Positions 10,921 to 19,913 of a DNA stretch of 64,000 bases are shown here, one piece after another. Each line of letters starts with the position of its first letter. The first letter of the stretch is position 1. Under the pieces are notes generated by a model that was not told the origin of the DNA, ran no database searches, and was given only the letters and a program-made list of their open reading frames with translations. The stretch comes from Candidatus Kapaibacterium sp. (GTDB lineage Bacteria; Bacteroidota; Ignavibacteria; Kapaibacteriales; UBA2268). A program made the translations under genes and the position numbers. Location: assembly GCA_963665665.1 (NCBI GenBank), contig OY762428.1, forward strand, positions 2,752,001 to 2,816,000, given 5' to 3'.

Positions 10921-11094
10921 GCCGCTAACAATGTATATAGCAAATAGGCGAGATAGTAGTAAATTCAAGGGTTGTAGCCCGCATCAAAATTGTAACGGTT
11001 TGATAAGTTTGAAGCCCGCAATCGCCTACTTTGCATATACTTACCGTTCGCCAAGATTCGCTCTGCTCATCTTGGTGAATGGATGGAAATCGGC
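10921..11094 (+). repeat. attC-like palindromic site 3 with an extra hairpin at its 3' core
   Basis: GCCGCTAAC-AAT-GTATATAGCAAATAGGCGA...TCGCCTACTTTGCATATAC-TTACC-GTT, then 40 nt, then ATCGGC. Confidence 0.8.
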
Positions 11095-11171
11095 AGGCAT
11101 TTTCAATTATCACAAACAATATTTCGATTGAAAAGTAGCAATTTTACATAGATTAATTTTAAAAATTTGAG

Positions 11172-12191
11172 ATGAAAAAGCTTACAATAAAAGATGAATT
11201 AACAGATTTTTTGCTCTACTCTGCACCTGATGGAAAAGTAAAAGTAGAAGTTATATTAAATGAAGAAACAGTCTGGCTCTCTCAAAAATCAATAGCACAG
11301 TTATTTGGAGTGCAAGTCCCTGCAATCAGCAAACATCTAAAAAATATATTTGAGACAGGAGAACTTGAAGAAAATTCAGTTGTTTCCATTTTGGAAACAA
11401 CTGCTACAGATAACAAAATATATCAAGTTAAATATTTCAATTTAGATGCCATCATATCTGTAGGTTATAGAGTTAATTCAAGACAAGCAACTCAATTTAG
11501 AATTTGGGCGACAAAAACTCTTAAAGAATACATCATCAAAGGTTTTATAATGGATGATGAACGACTAAAAAATGGACGATATTTTGGAAAAGATTATTTT
11601 AAAGAGCTATTAGAGAGAGTTCGGTCAATACGTGCAAGTGAACGAAGAATTTATCAACAGATTACAGATATATTTGCGGAGTGCAGCATCGATTATAACC
11701 CAAAATCGGAAATAACCCAAAATTTTTATGCAACTGTTCAGAATAAATTTCATTTTGCAATTCACGGACACACTGCAGCAGAAATAGTTTATGATAATGC
11801 AAATGCAGACAAAGAATTTATGGGACTAAAAACGTGGAAAAATTCTCCAGATGGACGAATTCTAAAGTCAGATACGAATATTGCAAAAAATTATTTAACA
11901 GAACCTCAAATAAAAAGTTTAGAACGAACAATAAGTAGCTACTTTGATTATATTGAAAGGATTATCGAAAACAGGAATACTTTTACAATGGAGCAATTCT
12001 CTGAAAGTGTAAATAAATTTCTTGATTTTAATGAGTATAAAGTACTTGATGAGAAAGGACAGATATCTGCCAAACAAGCAGAGCAAAAAGCATTTTCAGA
12101 ATATGACAAATTTAATAAAACGCAGAAAATTGAATCTGATTTCGATAAAGCAATAAAAATGTTGGAAAAAAGAAATAAGAAGGAAAACTAA
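11172..12191 (+). CDS. Virulence RhuM family protein (gene cassette 4)
   Basis: Hallmark motifs VWLSQKSIAQLFGV, YFNLDAIISVGYRVNSRQATQFRIWAT, DYFKELLERVRSIRASERR. Confidence 0.9.
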   Translation: MKKLTIKDELTDFLLYSAPDGKVKVEVILNEETVWLSQKSIAQLFGVQVPAISKHLKNIFETGELEENSVVSILETTATDNKIYQVKYFNLDAIISVGYRVNSRQATQFRIWATKTLKEYIIKGFIMDDERLKNGRYFGKDYFKELLERVRSIRASERRIYQQITDIFAECSIDYNPKSEITQNFYATVQNKFHFAIHGHTAAEIVYDNANADKEFMGLKTWKNSPDGRILKSDTNIAKNYLTEPQIKSLERTISSYFDYIERIIENRNTFTMEQFSESVNKFLDFNEYKVLDEKGQISAKQAEQKAFSEYDKFNKTQKIESDFDKAIKMLEKRNKKEN

Positions 12192-12196
12192 CCCCA

Positions 12197-12334
12197 GCCG
12201 ATAACATTTTGTATTAGTAATGGCGGGGAAAGCAGTAAACATAAAGGTTTGTAACCCGCTCAAACTGGGTAGCGGTTTGACAGGAAAGTGCCACGCAATC
12301 GCCTACTATTCTTATACAAACCGTTGGCAGTAAT
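12197..12334 (+). repeat. attC-like palindromic site 4 (end of array)
   Basis: GCCGATAAC-ATT-TTGTATTAG...CTTATACAA-ACC-GTTGGCAGTAAT; shares internal GTARCCCGC and CGCAATCGCCTACT motifs with site 3. Confidence 0.8.
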
Positions 12335-12356
12335 TGCTATAATACACCACAACAGA

Positions 12357-12493
12357 CTCTGCTCAGGATGACATTCCGGCCTTACCACCATCAAATTCAA
12401 TAGCCAGGTTCTTTTGCTTAAAGCGAATCCGGAAAGAAAAACAGCCCCGTCAGGGCGATATAGACAAAAGATTGTGTCGCTCCTAAGGAGCTT
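12357..12493. repeat. Mosaic of partial REP-like elements
   Basis: GCTCAGGATGACA half-site; TCAAATTCAATAGCCA (also at 28706, 51746, 54861); AGCCCCGTCAGGGCGA...TCGCTCCTAAGGAGCT inverted pair. Confidence 0.5.
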
Positions 12494-13378
12494 TTATAAA
12501 TTTTCGTATTCAATTTCATTTAATGCTCTTTCGCAATAATGCCTGTAGTCGCAATTAGGAAGTTTTTTAACCACATCAGCATATTCATCTCTGCTCAGGA
12601 AATTCTGCATTAAAGCAATTTCCTCAAGGCAGGCAATTTTCGTTCCCTGTCTTTTTTCAATAGCCCTTATAAAATCAGAGGCATCATTCAGGGAATCCGG
12701 AGTGCCGGTATCCAGCCATGCAATACCCCTTCCGATCATTTCCACGCGCAGCTTGCTGTCATTCATATAGCTCTTGTGAAGGTCGGTAATTTCAACTTCT
12801 CCCCTGGCACTGGGTTTAAGTTCATTCGAACGTTTCGCGGCTTCAGAATCAAATATATAAAGGCCCGGAATTGCAAAATTGGATTTCGGCTTTACAGGTT
12901 TTTCTTCTATACTGATCACCTTGTTTTCCCTGTTGAATTCTACCACACCATAAGCCTCAGGATTTTCCACCCTGTATGCAAATATTGTTCCGCCAATATT
13001 GTTTTTAATGCCATCCCTCAGAAAATTTAGTTTGCCGTAAAAAAGGTTATCTCCGAGTATCAGGCAAACCTGGTCGTTGCCGATAAAATCCTCGCCAAGG
13101 ATAAATGCCTGGGGAAGTCCGCCGGGGTTGGGCTGGACAATGTACTCCAGGTTAACACCCCACTGACTGCCGTCGCCAAGCAGCCGTATAAAGTTGGGAG
13201 TATCCTGCGGAGTGGATATTATCAGTATATCCCTTATTCCGGCAAGCATTAGTGTGGCAAGCGGATAATAAATCATAGGTTTGTCATAAACAGGCTGTAG
13301 CTGTTTGCTGAATGTATATGTCATCGGGTAAAGCCTTGTGCCTTTGCCGCCCGCAAGTATAATTCCTTTGGTTTTCAT
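12494..13378 (-). CDS. rfbA: Glucose-1-phosphate thymidylyltransferase
   Basis: GIILAGGKGTRLYP, KQLQPVYDKPMIYYP, AWLDTGT. Confidence 0.95.
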   Translation of the reverse strand: MKTKGIILAGGKGTRLYPMTYTFSKQLQPVYDKPMIYYPLATLMLAGIRDILIISTPQDTPNFIRLLGDGSQWGVNLEYIVQPNPGGLPQAFILGEDFIGNDQVCLILGDNLFYGKLNFLRDGIKNNIGGTIFAYRVENPEAYGVVEFNRENKVISIEEKPVKPKSNFAIPGLYIFDSEAAKRSNELKPSARGEVEITDLHKSYMNDSKLRVEMIGRGIAWLDTGTPDSLNDASDFIRAIEKRQGTKIACLEEIALMQNFLSRDEYADVVKKLPNCDYRHYCERALNEIEYENL

Positions 13379-13530
13379 GATTCAGTATTGTTAATGAAAC
13401 AAAATGCAATTTAAATTTTTTTATGTGCATAAGAAAATATTATTTTAATCTTTGCTGTTGTTGCACATACATTAAGAAAAATTGTTTAATTTAATGATAA
13501 TAATTAGTTGCAGATATAATTGGAAGAACG

Positions 13531-14412
13531 ATGAAAAACATTTACAAATATTTTACCGGACTGATTTTAATATTGCTCTTTACAGTCTCCTGTTCATCTC
13601 CGAGAAATATCATTCGGCAAATCCCGTCCACATGCATGTGGAAAGTTAGTAAGGACAGCGCTACTGTATATCTTCTTGGTTCAATTCACATGGCCAGGGA
13701 AAACTTGTATCCCCTGGACGAACAAATTGAAAATGCCTTTGCTGATTCTGATTATCTCGTAGTTGAAATTGATACAAAGAATAACCAGCCGGACCCTATG
13801 GCCATGATGGCAAAAATGACTTTTCAGGACCCTGCAAAGTCTCTGAAATCAGAACTTTCCGAGAAAACTTATAAGATGATAAAAGAAAAGTTAGATGCAT
13901 TAAACATGCCGGAAATGGTATATTCAAGGCTCAAACCATGGGCAGCAATGCTGCTGATAATGACAACAGACCTTACCGGGGACGGATACCAGGCCCAACT
14001 TGGCATAGATAATTATTTCCTTGAAAAAGCAGGTGATGACAAAAAAATACTGGAATTGGAAACAATTGATTTCCAGATGGAAATGCTCGAATCTCTTGAT
14101 GATATGTCTGATGAGTATATTGAATACTCCATGAAGGAAATGGAAACAAGCAACCAGTCGGTAGATGAAATGAGTAATTTGTGGGAAACAGGCAACTGCA
14201 ACGAGCTTGTTGACCTGATTAACCAGCCTGCAGAAGACTTTCCGGAACATAAAACATTAATGGATAAGATCCTGAATGACAGAAATAAAAAAATGGCCGT
14301 GAAAATTTCTGATTACCTGAAAACAGGCAATACTTATTTCGTTGTTGTCGGTGCAGGCCACCTTGGCGGTTCCGGCGGAATTGTTGAGTTACTAAAGAAG
14401 ACCGATGACTGA
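13531..14412 (+). CDS. TraB/GumN family lipoprotein
   Basis: YLLGSIH, GIDNYF, LETIDFQ, RNKKM, FVVVGAGHL; lipobox near TVSC. Confidence 0.9.
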   Translation: MKNIYKYFTGLILILLFTVSCSSPRNIIRQIPSTCMWKVSKDSATVYLLGSIHMARENLYPLDEQIENAFADSDYLVVEIDTKNNQPDPMAMMAKMTFQDPAKSLKSELSEKTYKMIKEKLDALNMPEMVYSRLKPWAAMLLIMTTDLTGDGYQAQLGIDNYFLEKAGDDKKILELETIDFQMEMLESLDDMSDEYIEYSMKEMETSNQSVDEMSNLWETGNCNELVDLINQPAEDFPEHKTLMDKILNDRNKKMAVKISDYLKTGNTYFVVVGAGHLGGSGGIVELLKKTDD

Positions 14413-14817
14413 TAACATGATAGTATATGTTTTCCCTGGCTTTAGCATTATTTGACAGCTCAGATTTTTTTACTGAGAAACAAATATCAGAAGCGAAGAA
14501 TGAAGGATTCTTTAGTTAGATATTAATTCAAAAAGTGAAATAATAATAAAATATATCCTATATATCCATAATCAATTTAATAATATTGAGGAATCCGAAA
14601 CCCGTGTAATTTCCAGGCCACAGTTATTGATTATTCCAACTCAGTTTCTGCCCACTCCCCCCACACACAGTGTGGAACACACACAGTGTGGTAACCCACC
14701 CGAAGTGGAGAGCCTTGCAGTAAGCCTCTACTTCGGGTCCAGACAAGTCCCGGACAGGGCGGGGTTGGGGAAGTCAGGCATGATAATATGTCATAGTTCA
14801 GATATATTTCTGTGGTA

Positions 14818-15013
14818 GTTACTATTCAGTTGAACAATGTAAATTCGATAAAAATTGTATGAAGCTGTCATACTGAGCGAAGCGAAGAATCCATTCTTTA
14901 TGCATCAGCTACTAAGAAAGATGGATTCTTCCCTCACTGCGCTCGGTCAGAAGGACATTTCTTTGTATTTTTCTTCAATAACAGCAATATATTGTACCCA
15001 CCTGAGTAGAAAC
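14818..15013 (+). mobile_element. MITE-like element copy A (~195 bp) containing a GTCAT..GAC REP palindrome
   Basis: Colinear with 61457-61650 over its whole length; imperfect terminal inverted repeats GTTACTATTCAG / CTGAGTAGAAAC. Confidence 0.6.
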
Positions 15014-15263
15014 CTGTGGTATAATTATTATTATAAATGATAAATTATAAATGATAAATTGATTTTCGGCATTGCTCTTATAACTCGTTGAGTTTTCGTT
15101 GGCGGGTGTTGAGTTCTATTTTTCCTGATACAAATCAATAGCATAAGTAAACTTTTACCGTTTCAGTACCCGGGCTTATGATTTTCTATTTCATATCTCA
15201 TTTCAATTTTGTATTTTCAGAATCATAGGAAATTGATTTTATAAAATATGAATTTATAGCAAT

Positions 15264-16637
15264 ATGGGTAGTTACAACAGGAAAGAGATCATTCACGACG
15301 AGTATTTCAATAAACTCAGAAAAAATGAGTTCACCCGACTTTCTAAAAGCGGGCATATTTACTTAGACTACACGGGCGGAAATATATATTCGGAATCACA
15401 GGTGCGCAGGCATCAGGAAATGCTGCTTGAAAATGTTTTTGGCAATCCTCATTCCACAAACCCGACTTCGCAACTTGCAACAAAACTTACTGACGAAGCA
15501 AGGAATTCCGTTCTGAAATTCTTCAATGCCGAAGATTACCATTGTATTTTTACACAGAATGCAACAGGAGCGCTTCAGATCGTGGGGGAATGCTATCCCT
15601 TCCACGACAAAAGCTTCCTTCTTCTTCTATCCGACAATCATAATTCGGTAAATGGCATAAGGGAATATTGCAGGCGTGCCGGGGGTGATTTTGCATATAC
15701 TCCCATTCAGTACGAAGATCTTGGAATTGATGTTCCCCTTCTTGAATCTGCTTTGGACGGCAAGCCGGGATGTGATAATAAGCTATTTGCCTTTCCTGCA
15801 CAATCAAATGTTTCGGGAGTAAAGCACAGCCTTGAATGGATTGAAAAAGCGCATTCGAAAGGCTGGGACGTTCTTCTTGACGCTGCGGCTTTTGTTCCGA
15901 CAAGCAGGCTGAACCTGCAGGAAATAAGGCCCGATTTCGTGAGTGTATCCTTCTATAAAATATTTGGCTACCCTACAGGTATCGGTTGCCTGCTGGTAAA
16001 AAAATCAAAATTCAATAAACTAATTAAACCCTGGTTTGCCGGTGGAACAGTAACTCTTGCATCAGTACTGGCTCCGCACCACTACCTGGCAGACAACCAC
16101 GAAAGGTTTGAGAACGGAACGATCAATTATCTTGATATTCCGGCAATAAAAATAGGACTCGATTTTATTAATTCGATTGGAATGACGAAGATAAATGAAA
16201 GAGTTCACGGGCTTGCGGATTACCTGTTTTATAATCTGAAAGATATCAGGCACGATTCCGGAATACCGGTAGCAAATGTTTTCGGCCCTTCCGACAGATC
16301 GGGGACAGGCGGAACTGTAATCATGAACTTTTTAGATTCGGATGGCAATTTATATGAATTCGAAAAAATCGAGGAAGAAGCAAATAAAAGGATGATATCC
16401 ATACGCTCCGGCTGTTTCTGCAATCCGGGTATTGACGAAATTAACAACTGCCTGACTGATGATGAAATAGCAAAATATTTTTCCAGCAGGGACAAGGGCG
16501 ATTACCGCGATATGATAATGTTCCTAAAAAAAATGAGGGGAGCAACCCGCGTTTCCGTCGGCCTTGCAACAACAAAATCGGATATTAATACTTTTATAGA
16601 TTTTGTTGAATCACTGAAGAATAAAAAAATTGCATGA
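15264..16637 (+). CDS. Aminotransferase class V PLP enzyme (molybdenum cofactor sulfurase-like)
   Basis: IYLDYTGG, GNPHS, DNHNSVNGIRE, LLDAAAF, SFYKIFGYPTGIG, RSGCFCNPG. Confidence 0.88.
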   Translation: MGSYNRKEIIHDEYFNKLRKNEFTRLSKSGHIYLDYTGGNIYSESQVRRHQEMLLENVFGNPHSTNPTSQLATKLTDEARNSVLKFFNAEDYHCIFTQNATGALQIVGECYPFHDKSFLLLLSDNHNSVNGIREYCRRAGGDFAYTPIQYEDLGIDVPLLESALDGKPGCDNKLFAFPAQSNVSGVKHSLEWIEKAHSKGWDVLLDAAAFVPTSRLNLQEIRPDFVSVSFYKIFGYPTGIGCLLVKKSKFNKLIKPWFAGGTVTLASVLAPHHYLADNHERFENGTINYLDIPAIKIGLDFINSIGMTKINERVHGLADYLFYNLKDIRHDSGIPVANVFGPSDRSGTGGTVIMNFLDSDGNLYEFEKIEEEANKRMISIRSGCFCNPGIDEINNCLTDDEIAKYFSSRDKGDYRDMIMFLKKMRGATRVSVGLATTKSDINTFIDFVESLKNKKIA

Positions 16638-16666
16638 ATTTGTTAACTTAATTACAATCAATTTTC

Positions 16667-16777
16667 CTCATTGCGAAGTTGTACTTCGTAATGCTGTTCT
16701 ATATCGAAGCTTTGATTCGATGTATTTCAAAGTTCAACTTTGCAGGATATGGACTTCCCAAGTGCAACCTGGGAAGG
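16667..16777. repeat. Cluster of short hairpins (CGAAGTTGTACTTCG / CAAAGTTCAACTTTG / CCCAAGTGCAACCTGGG)
   Basis: A related cluster lies at 56465-56531; REP-like. Confidence 0.5.
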
Positions 16778-16851
16778 AGGAGAAAAATCTTGTGCTCTCA
16801 TCCCGGATAATTTGTTAAATTAATGAAGGAATTTTAAGAATTGTGGAATGA

Positions 16852-17301
16852 GTGGTTATGATAATATTAAAATATATAATTTGCGGTTTTATTTGCATTA
16901 TTTTATTTAGCTGCACAACGCCAAAATATCCGGATTGGATAACAGAACAGGAAGTTAAAGCCCAGATTGATCTGGTGGAATCATGGATAAATGATGAAGA
17001 ACTTTTTAAGGCAGCCATGTTTGATACTGTTAATTATGTTACTCCTGAAGAGTATGCTCATAATAAAAGCGTTCAGTGGGTAACAGGTTTTTGTGAATCA
17101 GAATTACCAATTATACAGGAAAAGTATTCGATTGATTATAAATTTAATGGCTATTATGAAAGACAAGGGCCTGCCTCAACAAGGAGTTACATTTTTACTA
17201 TTATAGTTTACAATAATTCAATCTACGATTATGAATTTTGGTTTAAAAAAATCGAAAATAAATGGAAACTGATTTTAATGATGAATAAAGAAAAGTTTTA
17301 A
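16852..17301 (+). CDS. Hypothetical lipoprotein
   Basis: Hydrophobic N-terminus with LFSC lipobox. Confidence 0.65.
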   Translation: MVMIILKYIICGFICIILFSCTTPKYPDWITEQEVKAQIDLVESWINDEELFKAAMFDTVNYVTPEEYAHNKSVQWVTGFCESELPIIQEKYSIDYKFNGYYERQGPASTRSYIFTIIVYNNSIYDYEFWFKKIENKWKLILMMNKEKF

Positions 17302-17868
17302 ATGAAATATATTGTCTGTATTTTTTTCAGTATAAATATTGTATTGCTTTCATCCTGCTCACCTGAGGTTAAGAAATATTTCATAAACAATGGCGACAAA
17401 TATTATTTCAATGATAAACAATCATTTTCCGGGATGAATATTTTACTTCCAGATTTTGAAATTAATGATTTTTCGAATACAACCAATAGCGCCGGGATAA
17501 CTTTATATACATACTTCCGAGCCGTGAATGATTCCCTGCAATTGAATTGTACCATATTTATGTATAAGAACTGCATTGATTCGGCGGCCTGTTTCAAAAG
17601 GATTTGCAAGAAAGCTAAGATTTTACTGCCGGGAGCAGATGCAAGATATTACCCATGGCTGTTTAAAATGGATTGGGATTTCTCCGGGCTATATCCCCGT
17701 GCTTTATATGAGTATCAATATCCGAAGAGCAACACAATACAGATGCAGAAACATTGCTTTATATTTTCCGGCGGCGAATGCTATCATGTTATCATCTCAA
17801 AAGATGAGTACAAGGATGGAGATATGGAGATTATTGATAAGGTAGTTGATACTATCAGGTTAATGTAG
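17302..17868 (+). CDS. Hypothetical lipoprotein
   Basis: LLSSC lipobox; abuts the previous gene. Confidence 0.65.
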   Translation: MKYIVCIFFSINIVLLSSCSPEVKKYFINNGDKYYFNDKQSFSGMNILLPDFEINDFSNTTNSAGITLYTYFRAVNDSLQLNCTIFMYKNCIDSAACFKRICKKAKILLPGADARYYPWLFKMDWDFSGLYPRALYEYQYPKSNTIQMQKHCFIFSGGECYHVIISKDEYKDGDMEIIDKVVDTIRLM

Positions 17869-17879
17869 GGGTTCAGACA

Positions 17880-18593
17880 ATGATGAATATTAAAAATAAT
17901 ATGCTGCAAACCATACTGATTTTTCTTTTAGCCTTTTTGTTCACCGGACTTCAGGCTCAGATTAATGAGCAAAAGATAGAAATTGATGCATACCGGGAAG
18001 CAGCCCACAGCTCGGTAGAAAAGTTGATTAAAGAAACGGGAAGAAAAAGCAGCAGTGATACTCTCGACCGTTTTAATATAGTTGTAAGCGCCTACAATAA
18101 TTACAATTACTGGACATGTGATTTTCTGACATTTGCATGTGCCTATACCGGTTCTTTTCCGAATGACCAATATTTTGTTGCTGTAGATAATTCTCTGAAA
18201 TCCTATATTATCCGTTTCGATTCGCTCGATACAATTAATGATCTGATTCAAAATAATATCGGAGAAATCGCAGGAGCTTCGGATGCCTATAAAATTGCAG
18301 AATTTATAACATCAACTTCAATCGGGGTGTACTCCGGAAGTATGATGCTTATCGATAATTTTAATTCGGATATTCCGAAACTTACTGATAATATTATTTT
18401 AAAGCCAAAATTACTGATTGAAAATGATAAATATCATATTGTACTTTTCACTTATTATCCGGATATAAACAAGGAGAATAAAGAGGATCGAAAACCAGTA
18501 TTGCAAAGATGGGATTACATTTTTGATTCTGAAAAATTAATCTCTCTGAATATCTATGATATGATTCCCTCGGAAGTTGAAGAGTATAATTAG
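17880..18593 (+). CDS. Hypothetical secreted protein
   Basis: Signal peptide ending LQAQ; 237 aa. Confidence 0.7.
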   Translation: MMNIKNNMLQTILIFLLAFLFTGLQAQINEQKIEIDAYREAAHSSVEKLIKETGRKSSSDTLDRFNIVVSAYNNYNYWTCDFLTFACAYTGSFPNDQYFVAVDNSLKSYIIRFDSLDTINDLIQNNIGEIAGASDAYKIAEFITSTSIGVYSGSMMLIDNFNSDIPKLTDNIILKPKLLIENDKYHIVLFTYYPDINKENKEDRKPVLQRWDYIFDSEKLISLNIYDMIPSEVEEYN

Positions 18594-18820
18594 GCGAAAT
18601 TCCTGTATTTTGCCATAAACTCTTCATAGTCAATTACATTTCCGTTTTCAATATCACGGATACCTGCAAGGATATCTGCTTTTTCATCACCTGAAAGGGA
18701 ATCCCAATAATCATCCTCTTCCTTGTTTGAGAAAATTTCTTTTAATGATCTTAAGATATCAGGATTATCCGTTTCCAGGATCATCTTCATCAGTTCCAGT
18801 TTTTCTGTCTGAATATTCAT
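18590..18820 (-). CDS. Addiction-module antitoxin-like protein (no partner toxin)
   Basis: MNIQTEKLELMKMILETDNPDIL...WDSLS...ILAGIRDIENGNVIDYEEFM; GGAG upstream of ATG 18820. Confidence 0.7.
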   Translation of the reverse strand: MNIQTEKLELMKMILETDNPDILRSLKEIFSNKEEDDYWDSLSGDEKADILAGIRDIENGNVIDYEEFMAKYRNFA

Positions 18821-18852
18821 ATTATTAGCTCCGTAATAATTTTTAGCGCAAT

Positions 18853-18945
18853 TCAAATTTTCAATTTTGCAGGATTCCGACAGCAGTCAAAAATTTCCTT
18901 TAATTGATTTTTTGCTGACTCTGTCCAAAAAGTGGTTTATTCCAT
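18853..18945 (-). pseudogene. RelE/ParE toxin N-terminal remnant
   Basis: ME*TTFWTESAKNQLKEIFD... overlaps the 3' end of the upstream antitoxin; stop at codon 3; truncated. Confidence 0.55.
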
Positions 18946-19172
18946 TCCTCAATATCCCGGTAAATATCAGAAGCTTTTGAAAGCCTGCCATTTTCTTCAT
19001 CCGATTCGGCAGCGTCAATCATTTCGTTAAATTCCTGGATTGTCATAGTTTGGCCGTCATTTCTCTGTTTCAATGATTCTTTCAGCATATTTTCCAATTT
19101 CCGGATGATGTCAATACTTTCAATTTTCAGAAATTCTCTGACAAATTCTATTTTTCGAGTATTTATATCTAT
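18900..19172 (-). CDS. Addiction-module antitoxin-like protein (ATA start; possible pseudogene)
   Basis: The frame extends upstream of the ORF call to ATA-GAT-ATA-AAT (xDINTRKIEFVREFLKIESIDIIRKLENML...), preceded by GGAG. Confidence 0.55.
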   Translation of the reverse strand: MDINTRKIEFVREFLKIESIDIIRKLENMLKESLKQRNDGQTMTIQEFNEMIDAAESDEENGRLSKASDIYRDIEEWNKPLFGQSQQKIN

Positions 19173-19241
19173 GATTTATGCTCCGAATCGATTTTCTATT
19201 ATCTGATTTTACCACGAAATAAAACAATTATTAGCGCAATT

Positions 19242-19249
19242 CAAAGATA
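19242..19249 (-). promoter_or_regulatory. Bacteroidetes-type -7 promoter element TATCTTTG
   Basis: Matches TAnnTTTG upstream of the antitoxin gene; the adjacent TTTGAATTGCGCTAA motif recurs at 18843-18857. Confidence 0.4.
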
Positions 19250-19418
19250 TTTATACGTGAGACACAAATTTTATAAACGAAGAGAAATGAAATTCGATAG
19301 TCGAACAATCCCGAATAAGTCGTAGGATAAATACTCCGCAGCTTGCTGCGGAATTAGTTTGCAAAGTTTACTTTGGGGTTCATACCCTTGATTGGTTTTT
19401 AAAATATCACTTGAAAAG

Positions 19419-19554
19419 TGTCATTCTGACCGAGCTTGCGAGGGAAGAATCCAGAATAAACAGCCGAAAATCCTGAAGTATGGATTCTTCGCTGTGCTCA
19501 GAATGACCGCTTTATATGGTTTTCCATAATATATAAGTTCAACTTGATAGTAAC
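19419..19554 (-). mobile_element. MITE-like element copy C (inverted, partial)
   Basis: Reverse complement reads GTTACTATCAAGTTGAAC...GGATTCTTCCCTCGCAAGCTCGGTCAGAATGACA, matching copies A and B. Confidence 0.55.
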
Positions 19555-19616
19555 AAGATATTTATAAATTTTTGTCCGGAATTATTCTACTTGCAAAATT
19601 CGTTTTTAATAAATAT

Positions 19617-19641
19617 ATTGTATATACATTGTTTATACAAT
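19617..19641 (+). promoter_or_regulatory. Putative MazEF autoregulatory operator
   Basis: ATTGTATATACATTGTTTATACAAT alternating palindrome ~30 nt upstream of mazE. Confidence 0.55.
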
Positions 19642-19670
19642 ACTTTTATTTAAACATTTAGTAAAAAATT

Positions 19671-19913
19671 ATGGAAGCAATAATAAAAAAATGGGGTAAC
19701 AGCCTGGGGCTTAGAATCCCCGGACTATTAGCAAAAAGTATTAATATTGCCGAAGGATCGCTTGTTGATATCGATACAAAGGATGGTAAGATTGAAATAA
19801 AACCATTGAAAAAGCAAGAGTATGATTTAGACGAAATGCTCCAGGAAATTGATGAATCCTGTATCCACGATGAAATTGAAACCGGCGCTCCAATTGGAAA
19901 AGAACTATGGTAA
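19671..19913 (+). CDS. mazE: AbrB/MazE family antitoxin
   Basis: IKKWGNSLGLRIP; C-terminal G.PIGKELW; overlaps the toxin. Confidence 0.93.
   Translation: MEAIIKKWGNSLGLRIPGLLAKSINIAEGSLVDIDTKDGKIEIKPLKKQEYDLDEMLQEIDESCIHDEIETGAPIGKELW

Noticed and set aside
9996-11131. Short ORFs 9996-10187, 10925-11119 and 10931-11131
   Set aside because: They are translations of the attC-like repeats, not genes.
9325-12334. attC-like repeats as simple terminators or REPs
   Set aside because: They lack U-tails, and the cassette-specific complementarity of 5' and 3' cores is not explained by terminators.
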